Part shown: positions 1 to 13,000 of the stretch, one piece after another | Position numbering within the stretch: position 1 is the stretch's first letter | Layout of the letters: every line of letters starts with the position of its first letter | Origin: Eledone cirrhosa | Lineage: Eukaryota | Assembly (NCBI GenBank): GCA_964016885.1 | Contig: OZ024765.1 | Location: 2,852,001 to 2,916,000, forward strand | Reading direction: 5' to 3' | Length of the DNA stretch: 64,000 bases | Made by a program: the position numbers and the translations under genes | The notes under the pieces: generated by a model | The model's input: only the letters and a program-made list of their open reading frames with translations | The model's database searches: none | Told to the model about the DNA's origin: nothing

Positions 1-109
1 CCAGTTCCCCAGTGAATTAACAACCCAACAAGGAACTGGGCATATCAGAGTATTGACAATATCATACACCTAAACAACATATGTACTTGTCTATACCATA
101 CTAATTCAA

Positions 110-164
110 ACTGCCTGAAGAGGTCACAGCCAAAGATGGCTGTCACCGAAATATATATAGCAGT
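110..164 (+). ncRNA. Type I hammerhead ribozyme motif
   Basis: ACTGC-CTGAAGA-GGTcACAGCCA(aaga)TGGCTGTcACC-GAAA-tatata-TA-GCAGT: 5-bp stem I, long stem II, intact core. Confidence 0.75.
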
Positions 165-224
165 AATAAACGAAGCTAAATTTTAATCATTTGACTTTTA
201 TTTAACTTTATTTTATAGAGATTT

Positions 225-706
225 ATATATAGATAGATAGATATAGATAGATATAGATAGATAGATAGATATAGATAGATATAGATAGATATAGATAGAG
301 ATAGATAGAGATAGATAGAGATAGATAGAGATAGATAGATAGAGATAGATAGATAGAGATAGATAGATAGAGATAGATAGATATAGATAGAGATAGATAG
401 ATATAGATAGATATAGATAGAGATAGATAGAGATAGATAGAGATAGATAGAGATAGATAGAGATAGATAGAGATAGAGATAGAGATAGATAGAGATAGAT
501 AGAGATAGATAGAGATAGATAGATAGAGATAGATAGAGATAGATAGAGATAGATAGATATAGATAGAGATAGATAGAGATAGATAGATGTAGATAGATGT
601 AGATAGATATAGATAGATATAGATATATAGATAGATAGATATAGATAGATATAGATAGATATAGATAGATAGATATATATATATAGATAGATAGAGAGAG
701 AGAGAG
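225..706. repeat. (GATA/GAGATA)n microsatellite
   Basis: Direct reading. Confidence 0.95.
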
Positions 707-868
707 ATTTACATATATATATATAGCAGGGAAAAGCGGACGTAAAATGATGATGATGAAAGAGAAATAGACACGCAAGCAGACATAAACATATAGATGG
801 TGGTGGTGGTGGTGGTAGTAGTGGCAGTAGTAGTGGTGGTTATGTTGACAAAACATAATATTACGAAC

Positions 869-1132
869 CTCAGATTTACTGGCTGTGATTTGGATTAAAT
901 TTTTATCTGTGAAGGATTTCCTCACGGGCCAGGCAACATCTTCTTCTGGGTTGTTCTCCTGACCTCTGGAGGAAGGCCATAGTGGTGGTGGTGGTGATAG
1001 GGTTAGCTGACCTGCCTGCTCAGTATTCTGTGCTGGTCCCATCATACACTTATCACCTTCGTCAGTTGAGGTCAGCGTCTCGACCACAGCAGGGGTCTCA
1101 CTCCGGGGACCATCCATTTCATGTTTGATTGC
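869..1132 (-). CDS. Candidate coding exon of an unidentified gene continuing off the left edge
   Basis: TTTCTCTCCAG acceptor, 88 open codons (AIKHEMDGPRSETP...ITASKSE), GAG/GTTCGT donor; unique sequence between repeats; no recognisable homology. Confidence 0.45.
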
Positions 1133-1164
1133 CTGGAGAGAAATTACAGAATTTAAATTTAAAC

Positions 1165-2866
1165 CACATTAAATATTAAAGTCTTTACTGTAATACTGTA
1201 AATATTCACAACAATCTGTCCACTAGTAAAGATACTATAAACATTTAGTACAAAACACCACTATGACTACATCACATTAAATATTAAAGTCTTTACTGTA
1301 ATACTGTAAATATTCACAACAATCTGTCCACCAGTAAAGATACTATAAACATTTAGTACAAAACAACGCTATGACTACATCACATTAAATATTAAAGTCT
1401 TTACTGTAATACTGTAAATATTCACAACAATCTGTCCACCAGTAAAGATACTATAAACATTTAGTACAAAACACCACTATGACTACATCACATTAAATAT
1501 TAAAGTCTTTACTGTAATACTGTAAATATTCACAACAATCTGTCCCCCAGTAAAGATACTATAAACATTTAGTACAAAACAACACTATGACTACATCACA
1601 TTAAATATTAAAGTCTTTACTGTAATACTGTAAATATTCACAACAATCTGTCCACCAGTAAAGATACTATAAACATTTAGTACAAAACAACACTATGACT
1701 ACATCACATTAAATATTAAAGTCTTTACTGTAATACTGTAAATGTTCACAACAATCTGTCCACCAGTAAAGATACTATAAACATTTAGTACAAAACAACA
1801 CTATGACTACATTACATTAAATATTAAAGTCTTTACTGTAATACTGTAAATGTTCACAACAATCTGTCCACCAGTAAAGATACTATAAACATTTAGTACC
1901 AAACAACACTATGACTACATCACATTAAATATTAAAGTCTTTACTGTAATACTGTAAATTTTCACAACAATCTGTCCACCAGTAAAGATACTATAAACAT
2001 TTAGTACAAAACAACACTATGACTACATCACATTAAATATTAAAGTCTTTACTGTAATACTGTAAATTTTCACAACAATCTGTCCACCAGTAAAGATACT
2101 ATAAACATTTAGTACAAAACAACACTATGACTACATCACATTAAATATTAAAGTCTTTACTGTAATACTGTAAATATTCACAACAATCTGTCCACCAGTA
2201 AAGATACTATAAACATTTAGTATAAAACAACACTTTGACTACATCACATTAAATATTAAAGTCTTTACTGTAATACTGTAAATATTCACAACAATCTGTC
2301 CACCAGTAAAGATACTATAAACATTTAGTACAAAACAACACTATGACTACATCACATTAAATATTAAAGTCTTTACTGTAATACTGTAAATTTTCACAAC
2401 AATCTGTCCACCAGTAAAGATACTATAAACATTTAGTAGAAAACAACACTATGACTACATCACATTAAATATTAAAGTCTTTACTGTAATACTGTAAATA
2501 TTCACAACAATCTGTCCACCAGTAAAGATACTATAAACATTTAGTATAAAACAACACTTTGACTACATCACATTCAATATTACAATCTTTACTGTAATAC
2601 TGTAAATATTCACAACAATCTGTCCACCAGTAAAGATACTATAAACATTTAGTACAAAACAACACTATGACTACATCACATTAAATATTAAAGTCTTTAC
2701 TGTAATACTGTAAATTTTCACAACAATCTGTCCACCAGTAAAGATACTATAAACATTTAGTACAAAACAACACTATGACTACATCACATTAAATATTAAA
2801 GTCTTTACTGTAATACTGTAAATGTTCACAACAATCTGTCCACCAGTAAAGATACTATAAACATTT
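1165..2866. repeat. ~108-109-bp minisatellite, ~16 copies
   Basis: CACATTAAATATTAAAGTCTTTAC recurs at 1165, 1273, 1381... Confidence 0.95.
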
Positions 2867-4245
2867 AATGATAAAATAAAGTACCAGTAATGCACTGGAG
2901 TAATTGCTAGCCTTGTGCCAAAAGTAGAAACAATTATTTCACAAATATGTTTATCTTTTTAAAGAAATTCATCTTCATGGTCTATGGGGTTTAAAATCAT
3001 GAATTTAGTGGACCATGGGGTCGGAAGGGTTGGCGACCGCTGAGTATATTTCATTAGAAAATGAAGGAAAGTTTTATATTTACGGTCAACTGGTCTATTA
3101 AATGACCTAAGGTTGAAATAAAACAATCTGTTGGTGTGGTAGACGGGACAGACTGGAGCCATTGGTCAATAGAAGTGGGCAGTGGTTTCTGGTCTGTCAC
3201 CTGCAAGAAAACGTTAATGCTTCTTAATGGGTTGGTAGCATCATCATCATCATCATCATTATCATTATCAGCATACCATCATCATCATTACCATCATTAA
3301 CACCACAACCACCACTACACTTTCATCATCACCACCATCACCATAACCATCATTATCAACACCACCACCACCACCACTACCACCACCACCATCACAGCCA
3401 TCACCACCACCATCATCACAACAATCACCACCACCACCATCACTACCACCACCACCACCACCACCATCATCACAACAATCACCACCACCACCATCACTAC
3501 CACCACCACCACCACCACCACCACCATCATCACAACAATCACCACCACCACCACCATCACACTACAGAACCACCATCACCATCATCACAACAATCACCAC
3601 CACCATCACCACCACCACCACAACAATCACCACCACCACCATCACAACAATCACTACAACAATCACCACCACCATCACCACCACCACCACCATCACCACC
3701 ACAACAACAACCACCATCACAATCACCACCACCACCACAATCACCACCACCACCACAATCACCACCACCACCACAATCACCACCACCACCACCACAACAA
3801 CAATCACCATTACCACCACCACCACCACCACAACAATCACCACCACAACCACCACCACCACCACCACCACCATTCCATACAGCCGACCTTTCATATTAGT
3901 ATCTATAGTTGTGCTGCTATATATACGGTGAATGCCTTCAGTAATATTTCTTGGTGTCCCACTTTATAACTGTTGTTTACTCTGCACGATAATGTTTAGA
4001 TTCTCGCTCCATTGAATGCTTCGATTGCCTCAAACATCCTGATTAGTACCTGCTGTATGGCAGCTACAGCTTTGATTTATACCCATTGGCCCTTGCCATT
4101 CTGAGTTCAAATCCCACCGAGGTTAACTTTGCCTTTCATCCTTACGGGGTCGATAAAATAAAGTACCAGTAATACACTGGAATAATTGCTGGCCTTGTAC
4201 CAAAAGTAGAAACAATTATTTTATATATATATATATATATATATG

Positions 4246-4586
4246 GAGGCATATGGCTTAGTGGTTAGAGCATTGGCCTTGCAATCGAAAGGTTGTGAGT
4301 TCAATTCTCAGACCGGGTGATGTGTTGTTTCCTTGAGCAAGAGACTTTATTTCACGTTGCTCCAGTTTACTCAGCTGTAGAAATGAGATGATAGGGACTG
4401 GGGTCCCTATCATTCCACTGCAAAGTGGTCGTGGAGGTGCCACGGCAAAAAAGCGCCCAGCACTCACTGTAAATGAGGTTGGTGTTAGGAAGGGCAGCCA
4501 GCTGTAGAAATCTAGCCAGAATCAGTTCCCGTCCCACCCTTGCAAGCAGGGAAAAGCGGACGTAAAATGAAATGATGAAATGATGA

Positions 4587-4590
<4 letters not shown>
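4246..4590 (+). mobile_element. tRNA-derived CORE-like SINE
   Basis: A box TGGCTTAGTGG, B box GAGTTCAATTC, CORE-like CCTTGAGCAAG..ACTT..CAGTTTACTCAGCTGTAGAAATG, (TGA)n tail; copies at 35353-35680 (+), 15120-15390 (-), 47090-47419 (-). Confidence 0.75.
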
Positions 4591-4634
<44 letters not shown>

Positions 4635-6080
4635 CCGAACCCACTCCCCGTCCTCACACTCCCACCAACACCACCCCTTTCTCTGTAAAGTTATGTTGGT
4701 ACCACAACATACCTGTGTGTCTACGTATTTAATATAACATCACAGTTACTTCTAACTCGTGTTATGGCAGTGCCCCAGCATGGCCTAGAACACGTAATAC
4801 ACATATAATACACATAACACACACACACATTAATATTTTATTCAATTAAGGTAGCACTAATAACCCTATTAGAGTTCAATATAGTAATATATATTTAATT
4901 GTTTCTACTTTTTGGGACAAGGCCAGCAATAACTCAGTACATTACTGGTACTTTATTTTATCGACCCCGTAAGGATGAAAGGCAAAGTTAACTAGTAATA
5001 TATATTTAATGTAAATATCTCATCAAAGCAAACTTTGCTTTGCTCGTATTTTATTACATGTTAAATATTCAAAAACTAGACTCAGTCGTCAACCACATAC
5101 GATCCTCTTGTTTTTGTGAGGTTCCTGGCAAATAACGAATAGGCTATGTAGCCGGTAAACCCTAAAGGGACGCAACACACCTCGCTATAGAGTTTCACCA
5201 GCTCCTTCCTTCTGTTGTCCGTATCTGTTTATGTATTTACGTGTCGATGTATGTGTGTGTATGTATGTATGTGTGAGATTGAACTTCTGTTGTCGCTATC
5301 TGTTAATGTATTTATCTACAGATGTGTGTGTATGTTTACACCTCTGTTGTTGTGTATGTGTTTATATATTTACATGTAGACGTGTGTGTGTGGGTTATAT
5401 GTTTATATATTTACATGTAGACGTGTGTGTGTAGGTTATATGTTTATATATTTACATGTAGACGTGTGTGTGTGTGTTGGTTTACACCTCTGTTGTCTAT
5501 GTGTTTATGTAGTTATCTATATATGTGTGTGTGTTTATGTGTTGACACCTCTGTTGTCTATCTGTTTATATATTTACATGTAGACGTGTGTGTGTATGTG
5601 TTGGTACTTGTTGTCTATATATTTATGTATTTATCTATAGATGTGTGTGTTGGCACCTCGTTGTCTATATGTTTATGTATTTACATGTAGACGTGTGTGT
5701 GTATGTGTTGACACTTCTGTTGTCTATATGTTTATGTATTTACATGTAGACGTGTGTGTGTGTGTGTGTTGGTACATCTGTTGTCTATATGTTTATGTAT
5801 TTATCTATAGATGTGTGTGTATGTGTTGGCACTTCTGTTGTCTATATGTTTATGTAGTTATCTATAGATGTGTGTGTGTGTAACTAAAGTTAATGTAAGT
5901 TACCAATGGACGACTAAATGCTTTTAAATTGTTTTTTAACAATTGATAGTGGAAAAGATTTCAAATTGTCTTAACTCAGGCCGCAACTCATGGAGTCTGA
6001 CACTCTTACCGGCTACATAGCCTCTTCCACACAACACACACGATATTAACAAATGGAAACTATATTTATAAAACCATATT

Positions 6081-6145
6081 TATTTCATTATACATATTTC
6101 AAGGACACCAAGTTAAATTATGGTGTGCTTTCATCAGATAAAATA
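6081..6145 (-). ncRNA. Type I hammerhead ribozyme motif (AT-rich family)
   Basis: Minus strand: TATTTTAT-CTGATGA-AAGcACACCA..TGGTGTcCTT-GAAA-tatgta-TA-ATGAAATA. Confidence 0.7.
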
Positions 6146-6224
6146 TAATATAGATCAGTTTTATAAATAAATATTGACATACCCTTAAAGAATGCAACCA
6201 TTACTGTTGGAAGCTCCCGGATAG

Positions 6225-6278
<54 letters not shown>

Positions 6279-6629
6279 AGAAGGGATATTTAATTTGTTG
6301 GAAATTCAACAAATATAAATGTTTATAACTGATTAAGAGCACTCGACAGATTTCTGGAGTAAACATAAATAACAAAACAAACGACACAGTACATTGAAAA
6401 AATATATTAGTTTAACGGGATATATCAGGTGGTGTCCACCGTTAAAAAACGTACTCAATACGTTAGTATTTTCTTAGAATGAAACGGTTCTAGTCCTGTA
6501 GAAGCCATTTCTATATCAAATTTGTTTATAAATAATAAATGTGTGCGCGTGCACACACACATATATATACATATATATACATATATATATACGATATTAA
6601 CAAATGGAAACTATATTTATAAAACCATA

Positions 6630-6693
6630 TTTATATTATACATATTTCAAGGATACCATGTTAAATTATGGTATGCCTTCATCAGACAAAATA
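6630..6693 (-). ncRNA. Type I hammerhead ribozyme motif (AT-rich family, second tandem copy)
   Basis: Minus strand: CTGATGA-AGGcATACCAT..ATGGTATcCTT-GAAA-tatgta-TA; compensatory change relative to the 6081 copy; weaker stem I. Confidence 0.6.
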
Positions 6694-7125
6694 CAATATA
6701 TACCAGTTTTATAAATAAACATTGACGTACCCTTTTAAAATGCAACCGTTACTTTTGGAAGACATCAGGATATATATCTATCTATCTAAGGCGGGTAAAA
6801 TTCCCGAGATCCATGGACGAGTTCTCTCCAGCGGTCTCTGTCCCTCATTATCGCTGCCATATCCTGCATCTCCAACAGACCAGTGTCTGTCCTTAGGGCA
6901 TCAACATATGTTAACCTTGGTCTTCCTCTTCTAGTGTGTCCATGTAGGGGTTCCCAAAGGATATATATATATATATAAAGCTAGATACGAACAGTTCGGA
7001 TCTAGCTGTCGAAACGGCCGGAGCTCTGCCGTCGGGGTCATACCTTTTCCTATTACCCACTCTACTACCCCTAAGTATCGAGTACTCTGGTGAGTTACGG
7101 TCCATCTGGTTTCTTACCGCACTTT

Positions 7126-7180
<55 letters not shown>

Positions 7181-7240
7181 ATGATATATACAACGATATT
7201 AAATAAATGGAAACTATATTTATAAAACCATATTTATTCT

Positions 7241-7293
<53 letters not shown>

Positions 7294-8125
7294 GCACACC
7301 CACACATTTATCGATATAGCTTTGCAATGTATCTCACACAACCTATCACCTCCTATAAATCATGATTGAACTTGTCTAACTTACCGAAGAAATAAATATA
7401 CGAATTTTATCAAAAACACGTGTCTGGAGTTGTTCAGCCATAATTGTGATATTGTTCAAGGGAGGTAAGTCAGTTACGACTTATAACAACATCAGCAGGT
7501 TCTCGTTTTAGTTATTTTTTGTCTAAAAGAAAATGCCTCCCCCTCTCTCTCTCTCTCTCTCTCGCGCCTCCCCCTCTCTCTCTCTCTCGCCTCCCCCTCT
7601 CTCTCTCTCGCCTCCCCCCTCTCTCTCGCCTCCCCCCCTCTCTCTCGCCTCCCCCTCTCTCTCGCCTCCCCCCCTCTCTCTCGCCTCCCCCTCTCTCTCG
7701 CCTCCCCCCCTCTCTCTCGCCTCCCCCTCTCTCTCTCGCCTCCCCCTCCTCTCTCGCCTCCCTCTCTCTCGCCTCCCTATCTCCTGTCTCTCATCTGAGA
7801 CATACATCTAGTATGTGTCACCTTCCCTCCTATACACCTCACACGTGCTAACACCCCACCCCTAGATCTACCTCCACAATCTCCAAGCATCACAACAGTA
7901 ATAATAATAACAACAATAATAAAAAAAGTGAACTAATATTGTATGTATTAAGTAGAGATATTTATTTCTTCATTAAAACAATTAAGGGAATATATTTGGA
8001 ATGTGGTGAGCAAAGTTTGAAATTGAAACAGAAATAGAAATTTCAATGTAATATTTTTTTAATAAATAATTGCTTCTGCTTTAGGCAAAAGGCCAGCAAT
8101 TTTGGGCGAGGGGAAAATCGATTAA

Positions 8126-8714
8126 TCCTTTAGCATTGAAACCAGACATATCCAGCCAGGATTCTCTCACCTCCTTCTGATCAAACCAGCCATATCCAGC
8201 CAGAATTCTCTCACCTCTTTCTGTTCAAACTAGCCATATCCAGCCAGAATTCTCTCTGTTCAAACCGGCCATATCCGGCCAAAATTCTCACTGTTCAAAC
8301 CGGTCATATCCGGCCAGAATTCTCTCTGTTCAAACCGGTCATATCCGGCCAGAATTCTCTCTGTTCAAACCGGTCATATCCGGCCAAAATTCTCTCTGTT
8401 CAAACTAGCTGTAAATATATACAAACTTAAAGGTATTGTCCTTAAAATAAAAATCTCATAGATTCAATATCATGTGAGATAATTCTGTAAGGTAAAGCCT
8501 TTACCTTGAAAATATAATAGTAAATATTGAGTAATGTAAATACTTTTACCTTTCTGTTCAAACCGGCCACTCATATTTATGTTAAGGTATTGTTGTTCCC
8601 AAAATAATAATATCAAAATCTTGAAGATTCAATGTTATGTGAGATATTATGTGAGGTAAAACCTTTACAATGAAAATACAATAGTATATATAGAGTAATG
8701 TAAATTCTAAAGGG
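8126..8714. mobile_element. piggyBac-type MITE with internal tandem repeats, nested in a SINE
   Basis: TTAA|tCCTTTAGCATT...AATtCTAAAGGG|TTAA; flanks rejoin as SINE sequence. Confidence 0.72.
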
Positions 8715-9398
8715 TTAAATCGACCCAGTACATTACTGGTACTTTATTTTATCGACCCCGTAAGGATGAAATGCAAAGTTAACTTAGGCAGGATTTGAAC
8801 TCAGAACATAGATGGCAGTAACTGTCACAAAGCATGGTGTCTGACGCTCTACCGATTCTGCCAATAACATTGGTTTCTAATTTAGGCACAAGGCCAGCAA
8901 TTTGAAGGGGACGGAAAAGTCTATTAAATAAACCGCAGTGTGTTACTGGTACTTTATTTTATCGACCCTGTAAGGATGAAAGCCAAAGCTAACCTCGACG
9001 ACATTTAAACTCAGAACGTAAAGGGCCGTAACTCTATGCCGCAAAGTAATGGTTTCTACATTTGACACAAGGCCAGCAATTTAAAGGGGGGGGGGGAGAA
9101 AGTTAATCAAATCAACTCCAGTACGTGACTGGTACTTTATTTTATCGACCCTGTAAGGATGAAAGGCAAAGCTAAACTCAGAACGTAAAGGTAAAGGGCC
9201 GTAACTCTGTGTTGCAAACCATGTAGTCTGTCGCTCCACCGCCCTCTTGCAATAAAGAATAATGAAAACAACAACAGATATATATATACATTTTCTTCAA
9301 AATGGCTGACTGAACACACTTTTTCTCAAAATGTTTTTTCTGTTCCTTCCGCTTCTTGCACTTTTACCTTTTTGTTTCATCTTTTATTTCTCATTCTC

Positions 9399-9434
9399 TC
9401 TTCTGATGAAGGACTAGCGTCCGAAACGTCAAGA
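9399..9434 (+). ncRNA. Minimal hammerhead ribozyme motif (Penelope-like type)
   Basis: TCTT-CTGATGA-a-GGAC(tagc)GTCC-GAAA-cg-TC-AAGA; palindromic ACGT stem III. Confidence 0.7.
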
Positions 9435-9862
9435 CTCTTTTCCTACTCTATCAAGTATATTTCTTCATTGTATCGTGTTTTTCTCTATTTTTTGCATATA
9501 TACATATGTATGTGTGTGTGTATATATATATATATACGTGCACACATATATATATACACGCACACATATATATACACCCACACACACGTGTGTGTATTCA
9601 TATATATATATATACATATATATGTATGTATTCATATATATATACACATTCGCTCATATATATATACACATATGTGCTCATATATATATACACATACACA
9701 CATATATATATACACATATATGCTCATATATATATACACATATATGCTCATATATATATATACACATATATATATGTATGTATATGCTCATATATATATA
9801 CATACACACACATACCTACACACACACATATATATGCACAAACATACATACATACACACATA

Positions 9863-10048
9863 TTACAAGGGGCAGCTAACTCCGAAGCCGTGCATAACTA
9901 ACTCTTCACTGTTCAGTACACTCCCCTTGTGGAGATTTCTGTTGTATGGTGGTGGACGGTCTACCCATTTGTTGAGGAGGTCATTCTGGATTACGAGACT
10001 TTCAATCTTCGGTTTCGAATCCTCTGTCAAAACCAGGTGATAAAATGG
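9863..10048 (-). CDS. ZSWIM2: ZSWIM2 exon 12 (probable last coding exon)
   Basis: Strong TTTCAG acceptor, phase 0, [14 protein letters not shown]...GFGVSCPL*. Confidence 0.6.
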   Translation of the reverse strand, partial: PFYHLVLTEDSKPKIESLVIQNDLLNKWVDRPPPYNRNLHKGSVLNSEELVMHGFGVSCPL

Positions 10049-13000
10049 CTGAAACGAGAACAAAAATGGAAAAAACGTGAATGAAATCTTTTTGAGAGGA
10101 AATTTCATTAAAAAAAATACAAGTGAATTTATTGGCAGTATCAGTAGAGATGCTAGGATGGTGGATTGGCAGTATCGGTAGAGGGTCTGACGCCATGCTA
10201 GGATGGTGGATTGGCAGTATCGGTAGAGGGTCTGACGCCATGCTAGGATGGTGGATTGGCAGTATCGGTAGAGGGTCTGACGCCATGCTAGGATGGTGGA
10301 TTGGCAGTATCGGTAGAGGGTCTGACGCCATGCTAGGATGGTGGATTGGCAGTATCGGTAGAGGGTCTGACGCCATGCTAGGATGGTGGATTGGCAGTAT
10401 CGGTAGAGGGTCTGACGCCATGCTAGGATGGTGGATTGGCAGTATCGGTAGAGGGTCTGACGCCATGCTAGGATGGTGGATTGGCAGTATCGGTAGAGGG
10501 TCTGACGCCATGCTAGGATGGTGGATTGGCAGTATCGGTAGAGGGTCTGACGCCATGCTAGGATGGTGGATTGGCAGTATCGGTAGAGGGTCGGACGCCA
10601 TGCTAGGATGGTGGATTGGCAGTATCGGTAGAGGGTCGGACGCCATGCTAGGATGGTGGATTGGCAGTATCGGTAGAGGGTCTGACGCCATGCTAGGATG
10701 GTGGATTGGCAGTATCGGTAGAGGGTCGGACGCCATGCTAGGATGGTGGATTGGCAGTATCGGTAGAGGGTCGGACGCCATGCTAGGATGGTGGATTGGC
10801 AGTATCGGTAGAGGGTCGGACGCCATGCTAGGGTGGTGGATTGGCAGTATCGGTAGAGGGTCGGACGCCATGCTAGGGCGGTGGATTGGCAGTATCAGTA
10901 GAGGGTCGGACGCCATGCTAGGATGGTGGATTGGTAGTATCGGTAGAGGGTCGGACGCCATGCTAGGATGGTGGATTGGCAGTATCGGTAGAGAGTCGGA
11001 CGCCATGTTAGGATGGTGGATTGGCAGTATCGGTAGAGGGTCGGACGCCATGTTAGGGTGGTGAATTGGCAGTATCGGTAGAGGGTCGGACGCCATGCTA
11101 GGGCGGTGGATTGGCAGTATCGGTAGAGGGTCTGACGCCATGCTAGGGTGGTGGATTGGCAGTATCGGTAGAGGGTCGGACGCCATGCTAGGGTGGTGGA
11201 TTGGCAGTATCTGTAGAGTGTCGGACGCCATGCTAGGGTGGTGGATTGGCAGTATCGGTAGAGTGTCGGACGCCATGCTAGGGTGGTGGATTGGCAGTAT
11301 CGGTAGAGGGTCTGACGCCATGCTAGGGTGGTGGATTGGCAGTATCGGTAGAGGGTCTGACGCCATGCTAGGGTGGTGGATTGGCAGTATCGGTAGAGGG
11401 TCGGACGCCATGCTAGGGTGGTGGATTGGCAGTATCTGTAGAGTGTCGGACGCCATGCTAGGGTGGTGGATTGGCAGTATCGGTAGAGTGTCGGACGCCA
11501 TGCTAGGGTGGTGGATTGGCAGTATCGGTAGAGGGTCTGACGCCATGCTAGGGTGGTGGATTGGCAGTATCGGTAGAGGGTCGGACGCCATGCTAGGGTG
11601 GTGGATTGGCAGTATCGGTAGAGGGTCGGACGCCATGCTAGGATGGTGGATTGGTAGTATCGGTAGAGGGTCAGACGCCATGCTAGGGTGGTGGATTGGC
11701 AGTATCGGTAGAGGGTCGGACGCCACGCTTTGTAGCATAGAGTTACGCCCCTTTACAGTGTGAGTTCAAATCCCGCCGAGGTTAACTTTGCCTTTCATCC
11801 TTACGGGGTCGATAAAATAAAGTACCAGTTACGCACTGGGGTCGATTTAATCAACTTTCCCCTCCCCCAAAATTGCTGGCCTTGTGCCTATATAAGAAAC
11901 CATTATTCGGTAGAGGGTTGGACGCCATGCTTTCTAGCATAGAGTTACGTCCCTTTACAGTCTGAGTTCAAATCCCGCCGAGGTTAACTTTGCCTTTCAT
12001 CCTTACGGGGGTCGATAAAATAAAGTACCAGTAATACACTGGGGTAATTGCTGGCCTTGTGCCAAATGTAGAAACAATTATTATTATTATTGGCAGCATT
12101 AGGGCAGTGGATTGGTAGTATCGGTAGAGTAGCATGGAGTTACAACCCTTTACGGTCTGAATTCGAAACTCACCGAGGTTCTTTGCCTTTCATTCTTACG
12201 GGGTCGATAAAATAGAGTAGCAGTAATGTACTGATCAATTTAATTGACTTTCCTTTCTCCCCTTCAAATTTGCTGGCCTTGTGCCAACAAGTGATGATGG
12301 TGATGGTGTTGACAGTGGTGGTGTTGATGATGATGGTAATGTTGACTGGTGATGGTGTTGATGATGGTGGTGATGTTGACAGTGGTGATGTTCCAGTAGA
12401 TAATTAACTCACCTGTAGACTATTGTCAATGCCGTCATCTTCATCGTTAGAGGTGTTCCCAGGTTGACAAATGGAACTTATTGAGTGCTGTTTCAACATC
12501 TTCTTCTCCGTCGCACAATCTTACAGGTCCACAAAATAATAATAATAATAATAATTGTTTCTACTTTTGGCACAGGCCAGCAATTACCCCAGTGTATTAC
12601 TGGTACTTTATTTTATCGACCCCGTAAGGATGAAAGGCAAAGTTAACCTCGGCGGCATTTGAATTCAGATCGTAAAGGGCCGTAACTCTATGCTACAAAG
12701 CATGGCGTCCGACCCTCTACCGATTCTGCCAATCCAACCCTCCACAAAATAATAATAATAATAATAATGATTTCTACTTTAGGCACAAGGCCAACAATCG
12801 ACCCCAGTGCATTACTGGTACTTTGTTTTATCGACCCCGTAAGGAAGAAAGACAAAGTTGACCTCAGCAAAGATTTAAATGTAAAGGGCCATAACTCTAT
12901 GCTGCAAAGCATGGCGTCCGACGCTCTACCGAGATTCCAATAATAATTGTTTCTACTTTTGGCACAAGGCCAGCAATTACCCAGTGTATTACTGGTACTA

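Noticed and set aside
1165-2866. CRISPR-like appearance of regular repeats (also 16525-16897, 32677-33314)
   Set aside because: Head-to-tail units with no unique spacers, no cas genes, eukaryotic context
2959-3162. 67-aa ORF MAPVCPVY...
   Set aside because: No recognisable homology and no phase-consistent link to neighbouring exons
4246-4320. tRNA gene-like sequence
   Set aside because: It is the tRNA-derived head of a multi-copy SINE; no complete cloverleaf or terminator
6785-7125. Possible TIR element between hammerhead copies
   Set aside because: End similarity is too weak to call by eye
10002-11763. 578-, 313- and 222-aa repeat ORFs
   Set aside because: Translations of a 45-bp SINE-derived minisatellite
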